Shown: positions 46,094-55,945, numbered from the stretch's first letter. The stretch is 64,000 bases of DNA from an uncultured Bacilli bacterium (GCA_934162285.1 CAKPHY010000006.1:288-64287); one strand, 5' to 3'. Numbers and translations: made by a program. Notes: generated from the sequence alone by a model not told the origin.

Positions 46094-46153
46094 CAATATT
46101 TTTATTTATAATTTAAAAGAAACTGAATTTACTCAGTTTCTTTATTAAAAAAT

Positions 46154-47803
46154 CTATTTTGTAAGTTTTTTATGTTTAAATATCTTATTAAAGATATCCT
46201 TCAAATCAAACCCAAACATTTTTTTTAGTAGTCTATTATCATTAGCTAAATAAATATATATTACGCCTCCTACAATAGCATATAACATAGATAGTAATAT
46301 GTAATTAATTTTTGTTGTTTGAATTGAAACTGGAACAAATAGTTCAAGTATTAAAAGCGATACAAACATTATTAAAGAAATTAAAATGGTTTTTAAGACT
46401 GGATTTATACTTTGACGATAACTAATTTTATATTTTTTTATTTGAACAAAAATGATTATAAATGCTGTTAAAAAATGTAAAATTATATTTAAAATAATTG
46501 GTCCATATCCAGCATTTATCCCTATTAAAGAACATAATCGCATGAATGGTGTATTTAATAAAGCTTTAAGAGTAAAACTTATAAATAATGTTCCTAAAGC
46601 TAATTTAGTCTTACCTAATACTTGAGAAGAATCAATAGCTAGTGAATAAAAGCTAAAACTAATTGCTTGAAAAACATATAATTTGAAAATAGATATTCCT
46701 AGTTCATTATATCCATAAAATAAGGTCCATACTGGTGTTGCAAGCATATATAATCCTATAACTAATGGTAGATTAACAAATAAAATTATTTGAAAGCTTT
46801 GATTTAATTTATTATTTACATCCTCAAGATCTCCTTTAACATAACTAGTTGTTATTGTTGGAATTAAAGATAATGTTAATCCTGATACAAAAGCAATAAC
46901 TATCATATTTATTTTTGAACCCCAAGTAGAAATAACACTCAAGATATACTCAGAATCACTTAAGCTATATCCTAAACTGGTCAATGTTGAATTTACCGTA
47001 AAGGTATCAACAATCGAATAAATAGACCTAACAAATTCAATTACCACAAATGGCAAAGATGTTAAAATAATTCTTTTTAAAATAGTTTTAGTTGTATTAT
47101 TCTTTTCCTCTATCGTTTTACGTGCATTAGTTTTAAATAAACTTTTATTTTTATCTCGTTTAACTACTAAATATAAATATGCTGCAAAAGCACCAACGGT
47201 TGCCCCAAATACGGCTACGCCAACCGTTATAGCAATTGGAAAATTAAATACACGTGCTGCTATATAACTCCCAATAAGAACGAATAAAACACGAACAATC
47301 TGTTCTATAACATTAGAAATAGCACACAAAGAAATATACTTATGTCCGCTCAAATATCCTTTTATAGTTGAAAGAAATGGAACAATAATTAAAGCACTAG
47401 AAATACATCTAATTACCAAAGCAACATCGGCAATAGTATTTCCACCTTCAACATTGCCAATTATTAAATAGGCAATTTTTTCAGCAAAGAGCATCATAAC
47501 AATGAACCAAAGTGTTCCTAAAGCAACCATTAAATTACGAACTATACGATATGCTTTTTCTTTCGACCATTGATAATTTTTGGTATTATATTCGCTTACA
47601 ATTTTACTCATAGCTGCAGGAATTCCTTGACTAGAAAGAGTTAAAAATAGTGAATAAATAGTATAAGCATAGCTATACAATGCTCCACCTTGACTACCAA
47701 TTATTTGATAAAAAGGGATTACATACAAAAGACCTACTATCTTGCAAATTATAACTCCGGCTGTTGAAACAAATGCCCCACTTAAAAAGCCATTCTTTTT
47801 CAC
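46154..47803 (-). CDS. MOP-superfamily flippase (polysaccharide biosynthesis protein; SpoVB/YtgP/MurJ-like)
   Basis: About 14 predicted TM helices. N-terminus KKNGFLSGAFVSTAGVIICKIVGLLYVIPF is typical of this family. Start set at GTG 47803 (RBS GGAGG). Confidence 0.75.
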   Translation of the reverse strand: MKKNGFLSGAFVSTAGVIICKIVGLLYVIPFYQIIGSQGGALYSYAYTIYSLFLTLSSQGIPAAMSKIVSEYNTKNYQWSKEKAYRIVRNLMVALGTLWFIVMMLFAEKIAYLIIGNVEGGNTIADVALVIRCISSALIIVPFLSTIKGYLSGHKYISLCAISNVIEQIVRVLFVLIGSYIAARVFNFPIAITVGVAVFGATVGAFAAYLYLVVKRDKNKSLFKTNARKTIEEKNNTTKTILKRIILTSLPFVVIEFVRSIYSIVDTFTVNSTLTSLGYSLSDSEYILSVISTWGSKINMIVIAFVSGLTLSLIPTITTSYVKGDLEDVNNKLNQSFQIILFVNLPLVIGLYMLATPVWTLFYGYNELGISIFKLYVFQAISFSFYSLAIDSSQVLGKTKLALGTLFISFTLKALLNTPFMRLCSLIGINAGYGPIILNIILHFLTAFIIIFVQIKKYKISYRQSINPVLKTILISLIMFVSLLILELFVPVSIQTTKINYILLSMLYAIVGGVIYIYLANDNRLLKKMFGFDLKDIFNKIFKHKKLTK

Positions 47804-47915
47804 TTTAATTACGCCTCCAATATAGTAAATTATAACAATTTTAAATAATTTAGTAAATGATTTATTGTCTTTTAACAATGATTTTGCAATATTTTTAATA
47901 AAGGAGAATTGAGTT

Positions 47916-48923
47916 ATGAAAAGATTAAAATATTTATGTAAAAAGGTATTTACTTGGAATTATAAAGACGCATATACTAGAGCAAAAATATTAAAGAAAA
48001 AATATGGTGGTAATGCATTTTTTATATGGTGTGATATGATAATATGCGGTGCTTTATATGGAGCTGGTTATATCGACTACGATGAATTCGAATTTAATCT
48101 GTTAAGTAAGAAACAAAGAGAAACATATTTAACAACTGAAATTAATAATAAAATTGTAAAAAAATATAACGCTCCTAATTATCGTTACATTTTTAAGGAC
48201 AAAATTGAATTTAATTGCTTATTTAAAGATTATATTAAAAGAGATTTTTTATCTATTCGTGATAATGATACTACAGTTGAAGAATTTAAGGCTTTTTCTT
48301 TAAAACATAAAAAAATTGTTGCTAAGGCTGTAGATGCTATGCATGGATTAGGTATTGATTTTTATGACGTTGACGAAACAACAAATTTTGAAGAATTATA
48401 TAATAAGTTAAGAAAAAACAAACAATATCTTATCGAAGAATGTATTGTTCAACATTCCGAAATGGCTAAATTATATAAAGGTAGTGTCAATAGTTTAAGA
48501 GTTATAACATTCTTAACTGATGATGGAAATGTTGTAATATTAAGAATGGTCTTAAAAATTGGCAATAAAGAAGGTATTGATAATTGTCGTAATGGTGGTA
48601 TGTATACATTTTTAGATGATAATGGCGTTGTTCTTCTTCCAGCTTTTGATGAAAACAACAATATTTATGAAAAACATCCAAAAAGTGGAACTGAAATCGT
48701 CGGCTTTAAAGTACCATATTATAAAGAAATTCAAGAATTAGTTAGCAAAGCTGGAAAAGTAGTACCTGAAATACGTTATGTTGGCTGGGATATTGCCATA
48801 ACAGAAAAAGGTCCAATTATCATTGAGGGTAATGAATATAGTGGAATTTTCCAAATGAAAGCTAGTATGAATCCAACTAAGATTGGTGATTTACCTCGAT
48901 TTAGAAAATACATGGATATTTAA
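47916..48923 (+). CDS. ATP-grasp enzyme of the sugar-transfer-associated (ATPgrasp_ST) type
   Basis: 335 aa. LIEECIVQHSEMAKLY..SVNSLRVITF...GIDNCRNGGM...VGWDIAITEKGPIIIEGN matches my recollection of that family. Confidence 0.65.
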   Translation: MKRLKYLCKKVFTWNYKDAYTRAKILKKKYGGNAFFIWCDMIICGALYGAGYIDYDEFEFNLLSKKQRETYLTTEINNKIVKKYNAPNYRYIFKDKIEFNCLFKDYIKRDFLSIRDNDTTVEEFKAFSLKHKKIVAKAVDAMHGLGIDFYDVDETTNFEELYNKLRKNKQYLIEECIVQHSEMAKLYKGSVNSLRVITFLTDDGNVVILRMVLKIGNKEGIDNCRNGGMYTFLDDNGVVLLPAFDENNNIYEKHPKSGTEIVGFKVPYYKEIQELVSKAGKVVPEIRYVGWDIAITEKGPIIIEGNEYSGIFQMKASMNPTKIGDLPRFRKYMDI

Positions 48924-48958
48924 GCACTTTTAAGTGCTTTTTTTATTAAAAAAACTAA

Positions 48959-49219
48959 TTATCGACTTTCGACAATTAGTTTAATTGCAGTTTTTTCTTC
49001 TCCTTCAACTTCTATATCTGTAAATGTTGGTGTGCAAACCAAATTTTTACCACTAGGTGCAACGAATCCCCTGGCGATCGCGATTGCTTTTATTCCTTGA
49101 TTTAGAGCCCCAGCTCCAATTGTTTGAACTTCTACAGTATTATTTTCCCTTAAAATATTAGCAAGAGCTCCAGCTACTGAGTTAGGGTTTGATTTTGATC
49201 CTACTTTTATTATTTCCAT
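48959..49219 (-). CDS. spoVS: Stage V sporulation protein S
   Basis: MEIIKVGSKSNPNSVAGALANILRENNTVEVQTIGAGALNQGIKAIAIARGF is near-canonical SpoVS. Start moved to ATG 49219. Confidence 0.9.
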   Translation of the reverse strand: MEIIKVGSKSNPNSVAGALANILRENNTVEVQTIGAGALNQGIKAIAIARGFVAPSGKNLVCTPTFTDIEVEGEEKTAIKLIVESR

Positions 49220-49268
49220 ATTTTTTCTTCCTTTCATTTAATTATATTTAAACAAAAGAAAAATAGAA

Positions 49269-50060
49269 CTATTTTGTGATCGTTCTATCATTTCCTACTA
49301 CGCAGTTGCGATTAATCTTAGCCTTATATAATTGTTCGTCTGCTAGTTCAATTAATTTTATTATTAAGTCTTCTGGCTTTATATTTTGATTTTCTTGAAT
49401 AAAAGAATGAGAAATATGAAATAAACCAAAAGACATTGTTACACTTTTACTATCAACTTCATTGGTTTCAATAGCAACTCGCAGTTTTTCACAGACATTA
49501 TAAGCATTATCAGCAGTTAAGTTTTTTAAAACAATCAAAAATTCTTCACCACCATAGCGACCGACTAAATCTTTAGAGCGTACTTCACTATTTCTAACAT
49601 TTTCATTTAAAACATTGGCTACACTTACAAGTACTTTATCACCAAAAATATGGCCGTAGGTATCATTAAATTTTTTAAAGTAATCAATATCAGCCATTAT
49701 TACAGCAAATTCTTCATCATATGTAAATGCATATTTTAAATATTCAAAATATTTTTCAAACAAAATTTTTCTTGATAGTACTTGAGTCAAGTCATCTAAA
49801 CAATCTTCAATATTACATGCATTAATATAATTTTTATAAATACTATTAATATCAAGCATTTCATAGTTTTTACCTTGTTTTATTATTTTATAATATTTTA
49901 AATCTTTCAAATTGAAACAAACATCAGATGAAACAAGTTGAAAATCTTCTAATTTAAAATCTGTTAAACTTACAACATCAATTTCACTTCTAAATATTTG
50001 TTCGTTATTTATTATTAATCTAGAACTATTTTTAATTTTTTCTAAATCTTTTAATTTCAT
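49269..50060 (-). CDS. GGDEF diguanylate cyclase with an intact active site and I-site
   Basis: ADIDYFKKFNDTYGHIFGD and RSKDLVGRYGGEEF (R-x-x-D five residues before GGEEF). The approximately 95-aa N-terminal domain is of unknown type. Confidence 0.85.
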   Translation of the reverse strand: MKLKDLEKIKNSSRLIINNEQIFRSEIDVVSLTDFKLEDFQLVSSDVCFNLKDLKYYKIIKQGKNYEMLDINSIYKNYINACNIEDCLDDLTQVLSRKILFEKYFEYLKYAFTYDEEFAVIMADIDYFKKFNDTYGHIFGDKVLVSVANVLNENVRNSEVRSKDLVGRYGGEEFLIVLKNLTADNAYNVCEKLRVAIETNEVDSKSVTMSFGLFHISHSFIQENQNIKPEDLIIKLIELADEQLYKAKINRNCVVGNDRTITK

Positions 50061-50062
50061 AT

Positions 50063-50983
50063 TTACCCCTTAAACATTGCCTCAATTGCATCTTTATAAA
50101 CTTTATAGGCTTTATTATACCCATTTGTAACCAAATTAACATAATTAGATATCATAACACCACTATTTATTTCCATAATCATTATTTTACCATCAGTTGT
50201 TCTAATAACATCAACACTACAGAATCTTAAACCACTTACTTTATAAGCTTCTAATGCTAAAGTAATTATTTCATTATCTATCGTTTCTTCTACTATAGCT
50301 CCTTTTGATAAATTAAATAACCAACTATACTCCACTTTCTCATTTTGATTTGGTATATAATTTAAATCTATATTTTCGTTATAAAAATGTTCGTCTTTAT
50401 TAAAATAATTGGGATTAAATTTATTTAATAATTCCTTTATAGTCGACTTACCATCACCGACAACAACAGGTTTTTGTTTGGCATAACTTAATTCAACTTT
50501 ACCATCTAAAACAATAACACGATATTCTTTTTCTATATGATAGTAAGGGCAAAGAGAAATAGAAAAGTTTTTAACTAAAACTTTTTCTAATTTTTCTTTT
50601 AAAGATTCTTCATCATTAATGCGAAAAACATTATTACCACACGTTCCTTTATTAGGTTTTAAAACAATATCTTTATTGTGAGCTAAGAAATAATTATAAG
50701 TATCTAAATAAGTATTATGTCCTACTGCATAATCATCTTTATTATTAAATTCATAGAATATTTCATGTTCTATAACAGGAATATTATTTAATTTTAATAG
50801 TTTATATAAAGCATACTTGTCATCAGCAACTAGACCGGCTGCCATATTGTTTAAATCAAACTTATACCCTACTATTAAATGTTTACATTTACCATTATCT
50901 AATAAAAAAGCATAGTTCATTGAAAATGATTGAATCTTTATATTTAATTTTTGACATACATCTTTAATTAATTGTTCAAACAT
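50063..50983 (-). CDS. ATP-grasp domain protein (RimK / cyanophycin-synthetase-N-like)
   Basis: 306 aa. VLKPNKGTCGNNV, EKEYRVIVLDG, FNLSKGA, VDVIRTTDGKIMIMEINSG. Its stop lies 3 nt from the GGDEF start. Confidence 0.65.
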   Translation of the reverse strand: MFEQLIKDVCQKLNIKIQSFSMNYAFLLDNGKCKHLIVGYKFDLNNMAAGLVADDKYALYKLLKLNNIPVIEHEIFYEFNNKDDYAVGHNTYLDTYNYFLAHNKDIVLKPNKGTCGNNVFRINDEESLKEKLEKVLVKNFSISLCPYYHIEKEYRVIVLDGKVELSYAKQKPVVVGDGKSTIKELLNKFNPNYFNKDEHFYNENIDLNYIPNQNEKVEYSWLFNLSKGAIVEETIDNEIITLALEAYKVSGLRFCSVDVIRTTDGKIMIMEINSGVMISNYVNLVTNGYNKAYKVYKDAIEAMFKG

Positions 50984-51065
50984 AAAATCAGTCCTTCTTT
51001 GGTCAATTATAACATATCTCCTTACTCAATGAAAATATGTGATATAATATTTTTGGTGAACTTTT

Positions 51066-51899
51066 ATGAGTTTTTTAAAGAAAAACTGGCAAATAATTAC
51101 AATCTGGTTAATATTTGAAATAGTAGCAATATCTTTAACACTTTTTACTAAGAATAAATTTTATTTATTCAATTTCACTTATATAGGAAGTTGTATAGCT
51201 ATTGGTCTTTATTTATATAGCAATCATGTAAAATTTGCAAGAAATATGGTACAAATAGCTGTTGGTCTATATATGTTAGTTTACTTGGGAATTTTATCTA
51301 ATGAAAATATGCAGATTGAAGGATTTTGGTATTACTTATTTTTAGGTGTTTTTGAAGCAGCAGTTATTCACTACTTAGTTGCTAAAATCGCTGGTCCTTT
51401 ATTCTTTGGTCGTGGTTGGTGTGGGTATGCTTGCTGGACTGCCATGATTTTAGATTTGCTTCCTTATAAAACGCCTAAGAATCCTCGATTAAAAATTGGA
51501 TTTATACGCTATATTATGTTTATTATTTCCCTTACATTTGTTTCATTGCTATTTATTTTAAAAATTACTAATTTAGAAAAAATAATGTTTTATTCTTTTA
51601 TAATTGGGAATATTATTTACTACCTTATAGGAATTACTTTAGCTTTAATTTTAAAAGATAATCGAGCTTTTTGTAAATATATCTGCCCTATTACATTATT
51701 TTTAAAACCTGCAAGTTATTTTGCTATAATGCGAGTTAAATGTGATGACACTAAATGTATAAAATGTAAAAAGTGTCTTAGAAATTGTCCTATGAATGTT
51801 GATATGCTTGATAATAAACGTTCTAGAAAGAATGGAACAGAATGTATTTTATGTATGAAGTGTATTGATGAATGTCCTAAAAAAGCCTTACATTTGTAA
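51066..51899 (+). CDS. Membrane-bound 4Fe-4S ferredoxin-type protein (NapH/MauN-like)
   Basis: Six hydrophobic helices. Cys motifs GWCGYACW, CKYICP, CIKCKKCLRNCP and CILCMKCIDECP. Confidence 0.7.
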   Translation: MSFLKKNWQIITIWLIFEIVAISLTLFTKNKFYLFNFTYIGSCIAIGLYLYSNHVKFARNMVQIAVGLYMLVYLGILSNENMQIEGFWYYLFLGVFEAAVIHYLVAKIAGPLFFGRGWCGYACWTAMILDLLPYKTPKNPRLKIGFIRYIMFIISLTFVSLLFILKITNLEKIMFYSFIIGNIIYYLIGITLALILKDNRAFCKYICPITLFLKPASYFAIMRVKCDDTKCIKCKKCLRNCPMNVDMLDNKRSRKNGTECILCMKCIDECPKKALHL

Positions 51900-51903
51900 G
51901 GTT

Positions 51904-52512
51904 TTATTTTATTATAGAATATGGAATATCTAAAGATATAATGCCTGAACTATAAGGAGCAATTTGATATTCATTAAAAATAATTATTAAATTATTAGAA
52001 AAAACAAAGTTTTTAAAATTATCAATATTAGGTTTCGTTCCTTCCAATAACATACTTGTATCAACTATCCTTGAATCTTTTAATAATTTTTCACGACTAT
52101 ACTTAGAAATTTTTTGCAAATTTTCATCGTTAAAAATATCGTTAGCAGTTATAAATTTATCATTTCTAGTATCAAATACAAAAGTTAAAATATCATGAGT
52201 AGGATGTGCTCCACCAGTATACGTTTCTATAAAAAAAGCATATGATAAATAATCTTCGTATTTATATTCTTTATAATCAATATATAAAGTATATGTGTGA
52301 TAAATATCTTCTTCAGAAGCTATCCTCTTAAAATCTTTTACAACTTTATTTATTTTATAATCAATTAAACTACTTAATTTTTGATATTTAGAGTTAGGCA
52401 CTTTAACAGAAACTTTATATTCATCCACTTCTTTAATAACTGAATGAGTTTTATTTATAGAAACTGTGGTTACAAACATTAAGGTTAAAATTAATATTAA
52501 ATATTTTTTCAT
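51904..52512 (-). CDS. DUF3298/DUF4163 domain protein (RsiV/PdaC C-terminal-like), secreted
   Basis: Signal peptide. ETYTGGAHPTHD and QIAPYSSG motifs. Confidence 0.65.
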   Translation of the reverse strand: MKKYLILILTLMFVTTVSINKTHSVIKEVDEYKVSVKVPNSKYQKLSSLIDYKINKVVKDFKRIASEEDIYHTYTLYIDYKEYKYEDYLSYAFFIETYTGGAHPTHDILTFVFDTRNDKFITANDIFNDENLQKISKYSREKLLKDSRIVDTSMLLEGTKPNIDNFKNFVFSNNLIIIFNEYQIAPYSSGIISLDIPYSIIK

Positions 52513-52554
52513 ACTATTATTTATTAAATTATTAAAGATTTATGATAAAATATG

Positions 52555-52582
52555 TTGACAAAGTATAGGAAAAGAGTATAAT
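52555..52582 (+). promoter_or_regulatory. Sigma-A promoter (TTGACA-N16-TATAAT) for tRNA-Gly
   Basis: TTGACA at 52555-52560 and TATAAT at 52577-52582, 19 nt before the mature tRNA 5' end. Confidence 0.6.
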
Positions 52583-52601
52583 TAAAAGTGCTTACCGATA
52601 T

Positions 52602-52675
<74 letters not shown>

Positions 52676-52676
52676 A

Positions 52677-52742
52677 AAGATAAAATCGTCGCACCAAACG
52701 ACGTTAATGATTAAATCAATCAGAAATGATTGATTTTTTTGT
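52677..52742 (+). repeat. Direct repeat copy 1 (66 nt), pairs with 60657-60723
   Basis: aagataaaatcgtcgcaccaaa (22 nt identical), a 5/6-nt variable patch, then ttaatgattaaatcaatcagaaatgattgatttttttgt (39 nt identical). Weaker similarity continues for about 60 nt further. Confidence 0.85.
52713..52740 (+). terminator. Intrinsic terminator after tRNA-Gly
   Basis: AAATCAATCA-gaaa-TGATTGATTT followed by T residues. Confidence 0.75.
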
Positions 52743-52768
52743 CGCTTAAGAAAGGTGTTGATGATATT

Positions 52769-53056
52769 ATGATAAAAATAATCAAACAAGAAATTAAAAT
52801 AAGTCATGAACTCAAATGCAAAGTTGAATGAGCTTGTAAACTTAATAGTACTAAACCTATTTTCATTAATGGTAGTTTATTAAAGTTAGAACCTACTAAT
52901 ATAGGATATTTAGAACCTCATAGAGCAATTATTAATAACAAGACATATCTTTTTCAATGGACACGAATTTGTTTATTACAGAGATTTAAATACAAAAAAA
53001 CTATCAATTATAATTTAATTGAAAAATGTTTTAAAATAAATAATTTTCTAATATAA
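52769..53056 (+). pseudogene. 95-codon reading frame interrupted by one in-frame TGA (52829-52831)
   Basis: MIKIIKQEIKISHELKCKVE(TGA)ACKLNSTKPIFINGSLLKLEPTNIGYLEPHRAIINNKTYLFQWTRICLLQRF... Its first codons (MI.IIKQEI) are duplicated at 60763. No RBS of note. Product unknown. Confidence 0.3.
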
Positions 53057-53077
53057 TATATTTAAGGAGGAACGATT

Positions 53078-54157
53078 ATGTCTAAAAATGACAAAAAAAG
53101 AAGGATTATTATTGAAATAATAGGAGGTTTTATATTACTTGCAATAATTATTTTTTTAGTATTTTTTTTGAATCGTAAGTATGAGGTAAGTTTTTATCTA
53201 GATAATGGTTCAGATGTTCAGGTAGTATATGTTAAACATAATAAAATAATAAATTCAAGTAATATTAAAGGTAAGGAAGATTTAGGAGAATCATTTGTTG
53301 ATTGGTATGAAATTGTTGATGTTAAAGATGGAAAAGACATTTTAGCAGAAAAACCATTTGATCTTAAAACTAAAATTAATAGAAATGTTAAATTAAAAGC
53401 AGTTTTTAATGATGATGTAAAAACAATTACTATTAAATTTGATTCAAAAGGAGGAAGTGAGGTTAAAGACATTGTTATTCATGAAAATGTTAAATTAAAA
53501 CTTCCAACTGAGCCAAGTAAAACAGGTTATAAGTTTGTCGGATGGGAAGATAAAAATGGAACACCAATTTATAACGATGCTCTATTAAGTGAAGATACAA
53601 CTCTATATGCAAAATGGAAAAAAATAGAAGAAAATAAAACTTCAAGTAAAGAACAAACACAAACAGATAATAAAAATACAGTATCTTATTATTGTGAAAG
53701 TGGCTATGTTTTAAATGGAACTAAATGTACTAAAACTGAAACTAAAAATGCAACTGGTAGATGTCCACAAGGTTATAGTGCAGGAGCATGGGATTATGAT
53801 TATTGTAAAACTGAAATAGATCCAGAAGAAGAATACAGATGCACAGATATAGATAAAACGAGTTACAAAGCAAGTGAAGCTGTTCTTGATTCAACAACAA
53901 ATGATTGCTATTATAGAAAAGATTATGCTGAATCAGATCCACTTTATTGTTCAAAGCATGGTAGAGTATATTATAATGGTTATTGTTATTATGCTTCATT
54001 TGATGCTAATAAAGTTAAATATTGTTCTTCAGGAACATTAAATTCTAGTGGTATGTGTGATCTACAAATAAAAAAAGTATTTAAGTGCGAAAACGGATGG
54101 AAATTGGAAAATAAAAAATGTACTAAGACAACAGTTGTAGATGCTAAGAAAAAATAA
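53078..54157 (+). CDS. Membrane-anchored surface protein with a Listeria-Bacteroides (Flg_new) repeat and Cys-rich C-x3-Y-x-L-x-G-x-x-C modules
   Basis: 359 aa. TM segment IIIEIIGGFILLAIIIFLVFFL. TIKFDSKGGSEVKDIVIHENVKLKLPTEPSKTGYKFVGWEDKNGTPIYNDALLSEDTTLYAKW is the Flg_new repeat. CESGYVLNGTKCT, CPQGYSAG and CENGWKLENKKCT resemble the modules of the 9072-10544 product. Confidence 0.7.
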   Translation: MSKNDKKRRIIIEIIGGFILLAIIIFLVFFLNRKYEVSFYLDNGSDVQVVYVKHNKIINSSNIKGKEDLGESFVDWYEIVDVKDGKDILAEKPFDLKTKINRNVKLKAVFNDDVKTITIKFDSKGGSEVKDIVIHENVKLKLPTEPSKTGYKFVGWEDKNGTPIYNDALLSEDTTLYAKWKKIEENKTSSKEQTQTDNKNTVSYYCESGYVLNGTKCTKTETKNATGRCPQGYSAGAWDYDYCKTEIDPEEEYRCTDIDKTSYKASEAVLDSTTNDCYYRKDYAESDPLYCSKHGRVYYNGYCYYASFDANKVKYCSSGTLNSSGMCDLQIKKVFKCENGWKLENKKCTKTTVVDAKKK

Positions 54158-54181
54158 AAATTTTAAAAACTAATGTAAAAA

Positions 54182-54229
54182 AATCAAGGTCTAATGAATA
54201 ATCTAGTTCATCTAAGCCTTGATTTTTTT
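54182..54229 (+). terminator. Intrinsic terminator after the 53078 gene
   Basis: AATCAAGG ... CCTTGATT with inner pairing, followed by seven T. Confidence 0.6.
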
Positions 54230-54391
54230 GTTTAATTTACTTTTTTAATTTAAATATATTTAAATTAGTATAAATATTTATATTAAAAAAGTTATAATAT
54301 GAGTTATATTATTAATAGATTGATTTAATCAATTACTTGTTTTTGTTTCTATTTTTCGTAAATGTTCCATGTCATTGCTCCAATCGAAATC

Positions 54392-54419
54392 AACTTACGG
54401 ACTTAAAAGTTCGTAAGTT
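54392..54419 (+). other. 13-bp inverted repeat (one mismatch): candidate oriT or recombinase site, or a terminator
   Basis: AACTTACGGACTT-aa-AAGTTCGTAAGTT followed by a T-rich tract. Lies between cargo and the recombinase stub/relaxase. Confidence 0.35.
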
Positions 54420-54471
54420 TTTATTTTTATATAAAACTTCAAAAGTTCTCTTTCTTTCAAGGAGAAAAAAT

Positions 54472-54543
54472 ATGAGATGTGGTATTTATGTAAGAGTATC
54501 TACTGACGACCAAAAAGAGGAAAAAATTATCAGAATAATTTAA
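54472..54543 (+). pseudogene. Serine recombinase gene stub (23 codons)
   Basis: RBS AAGGAGAA, then MRCGIYVRVSTDDQKEEKIIRII-stop. (A/G)IY.RVST..Q is the N-terminal catalytic-Ser motif of resolvase/large serine recombinases. The remainder of the gene is missing. Confidence 0.6.
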
Positions 54544-54643
54544 TCCTCTTTTTGTTTTTTTTTGAATATGGGAATAAAATATATGTCTAGCGAGCAACGG
54601 GCTGGTACTCCCACCACCCCAAAATAAAGGAGAAACCATATAA

Positions 54644-55945
54644 ATGACGACAACATCAATCTGGAGTATTAAGAATAATTTAAAGCAGTCTATAAATTAT
54701 ATTATCAACCCTGAAAAAACAACTAATGAAAATTATGGTGAAGTTGATTATGATTATTTAGAAGGTAAAAAAGATTATAATTTCAAAAAAGAAAAAGTTT
54801 GTTATGTAAGTACACTAAATTGTGATGAGAGTAATCCCTATGATGATATGTGTGACACAAAGGATTATTTCAGAAAGAAAGATGGCATTTTAGCATTTCA
54901 TGGTTATCAATCATTTAAAGAAGGAGAAGTTACTCCAGATATTGCTCATGAGATAGGAGTTAAGTTTGTTAGTGAAATGTTTAAAGATTATGAAGTGGTT
55001 GTTGCAACACATCAAAATACTAACCACATACACAATCATTTCATAATCAACTCTGTTTCCTGTAAAGATGGTAAGAAATATAATAACAATAGAACTAATT
55101 TAGCAAAATTAAGACATATATCAGATTCAATATGTGCTGAATATGGGCTATCTGTTTTAGATGAAGATATTAGTTATAAAAGCACCTATAATCATAAAGT
55201 TATTAATAACGATTATTATAAAAAACTTAAAGAAGATTTAGATAATTCTATAAGTTATTCAGTTACTTTAAAACAATTATTTGATAGAATGAGAACTATC
55301 GGTTATAAAGTATACTATCGTAATGGTGTAATAACTATTTATAGAGATGGTGAAGATAAGGTTAGAATAGAAAAAGCATTTGGTGAAGAATACTCAAAAG
55401 ATAGATTAAGTGAAAGGCTTTATTCATCAAGTCAAATAATATTTAAGCCTATGTCACAAAAATCTATCTTTGAAGAATACTGTAAAACTAATAAACCTAA
55501 TAAAGGAATCTATGGATTGTATTTATACTATTGTTATTTATTAGGAATATTTTCAAAGAAACACCCTAAGCAATATCTTCCTTATTCCATTAGAAAAGAA
55601 GTCTATAAATTAGAGCAAACATCACAACAAGTTAGATTTATGCACGAGAATAATATCGTTACAAAAGAAGATTTAGATAATTTTGCTAAAAGTAATAATG
55701 AACAGTTAAGTGAATTAAAAGGTAAAAGAGAAAACCTTTGGAAAAGATACCATAGAGCAAAAACTGAAGATAAGAAAAATAAAATACTTGCTGAAATAAA
55801 TGATATACAACCCAAAATCAAAGAACTCTATAAGTATGATAAGTATTGTAAAGAAATAATTAAGCGAGCTGAAGGCATACAAAATAACCTTAATAATTTT
55901 GATAAAGATATCCAAAAAGAAAAAGACAATTCTAGGTCAATGTGA
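54644..55945 (+). CDS. Relaxase/mobilization nuclease (MOB) protein
   Basis: 433 aa. ATHQNTNHIHNHFIINSV is the relaxase His-rich metal motif. The N-terminus IWSIKNNLKQSINYIINPEKT is typical of this Firmicute MOB family. RBS AAAGGAGAA. Confidence 0.8.
   Translation: MTTTSIWSIKNNLKQSINYIINPEKTTNENYGEVDYDYLEGKKDYNFKKEKVCYVSTLNCDESNPYDDMCDTKDYFRKKDGILAFHGYQSFKEGEVTPDIAHEIGVKFVSEMFKDYEVVVATHQNTNHIHNHFIINSVSCKDGKKYNNNRTNLAKLRHISDSICAEYGLSVLDEDISYKSTYNHKVINNDYYKKLKEDLDNSISYSVTLKQLFDRMRTIGYKVYYRNGVITIYRDGEDKVRIEKAFGEEYSKDRLSERLYSSSQIIFKPMSQKSIFEEYCKTNKPNKGIYGLYLYYCYLLGIFSKKHPKQYLPYSIRKEVYKLEQTSQQVRFMHENNIVTKEDLDNFAKSNNEQLSELKGKRENLWKRYHRAKTEDKKNKILAEINDIQPKIKELYKYDKYCKEIIKRAEGIQNNLNNFDKDIQKEKDNSRSM

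Noticed and set aside
52829-52831. In-frame TGA (also one in the DinD-like frame near 14590) as evidence for TGA=Trp (code 4) or selenocysteine
   Set aside because: TGA terminates bona fide genes here (sufU, MurT-like copy 1). All long housekeeping ORFs are intact under code 11. No SECIS-like hairpin follows the TGA. In the DinD-like case the family has Glu at that position. These are treated as pseudogene lesions.
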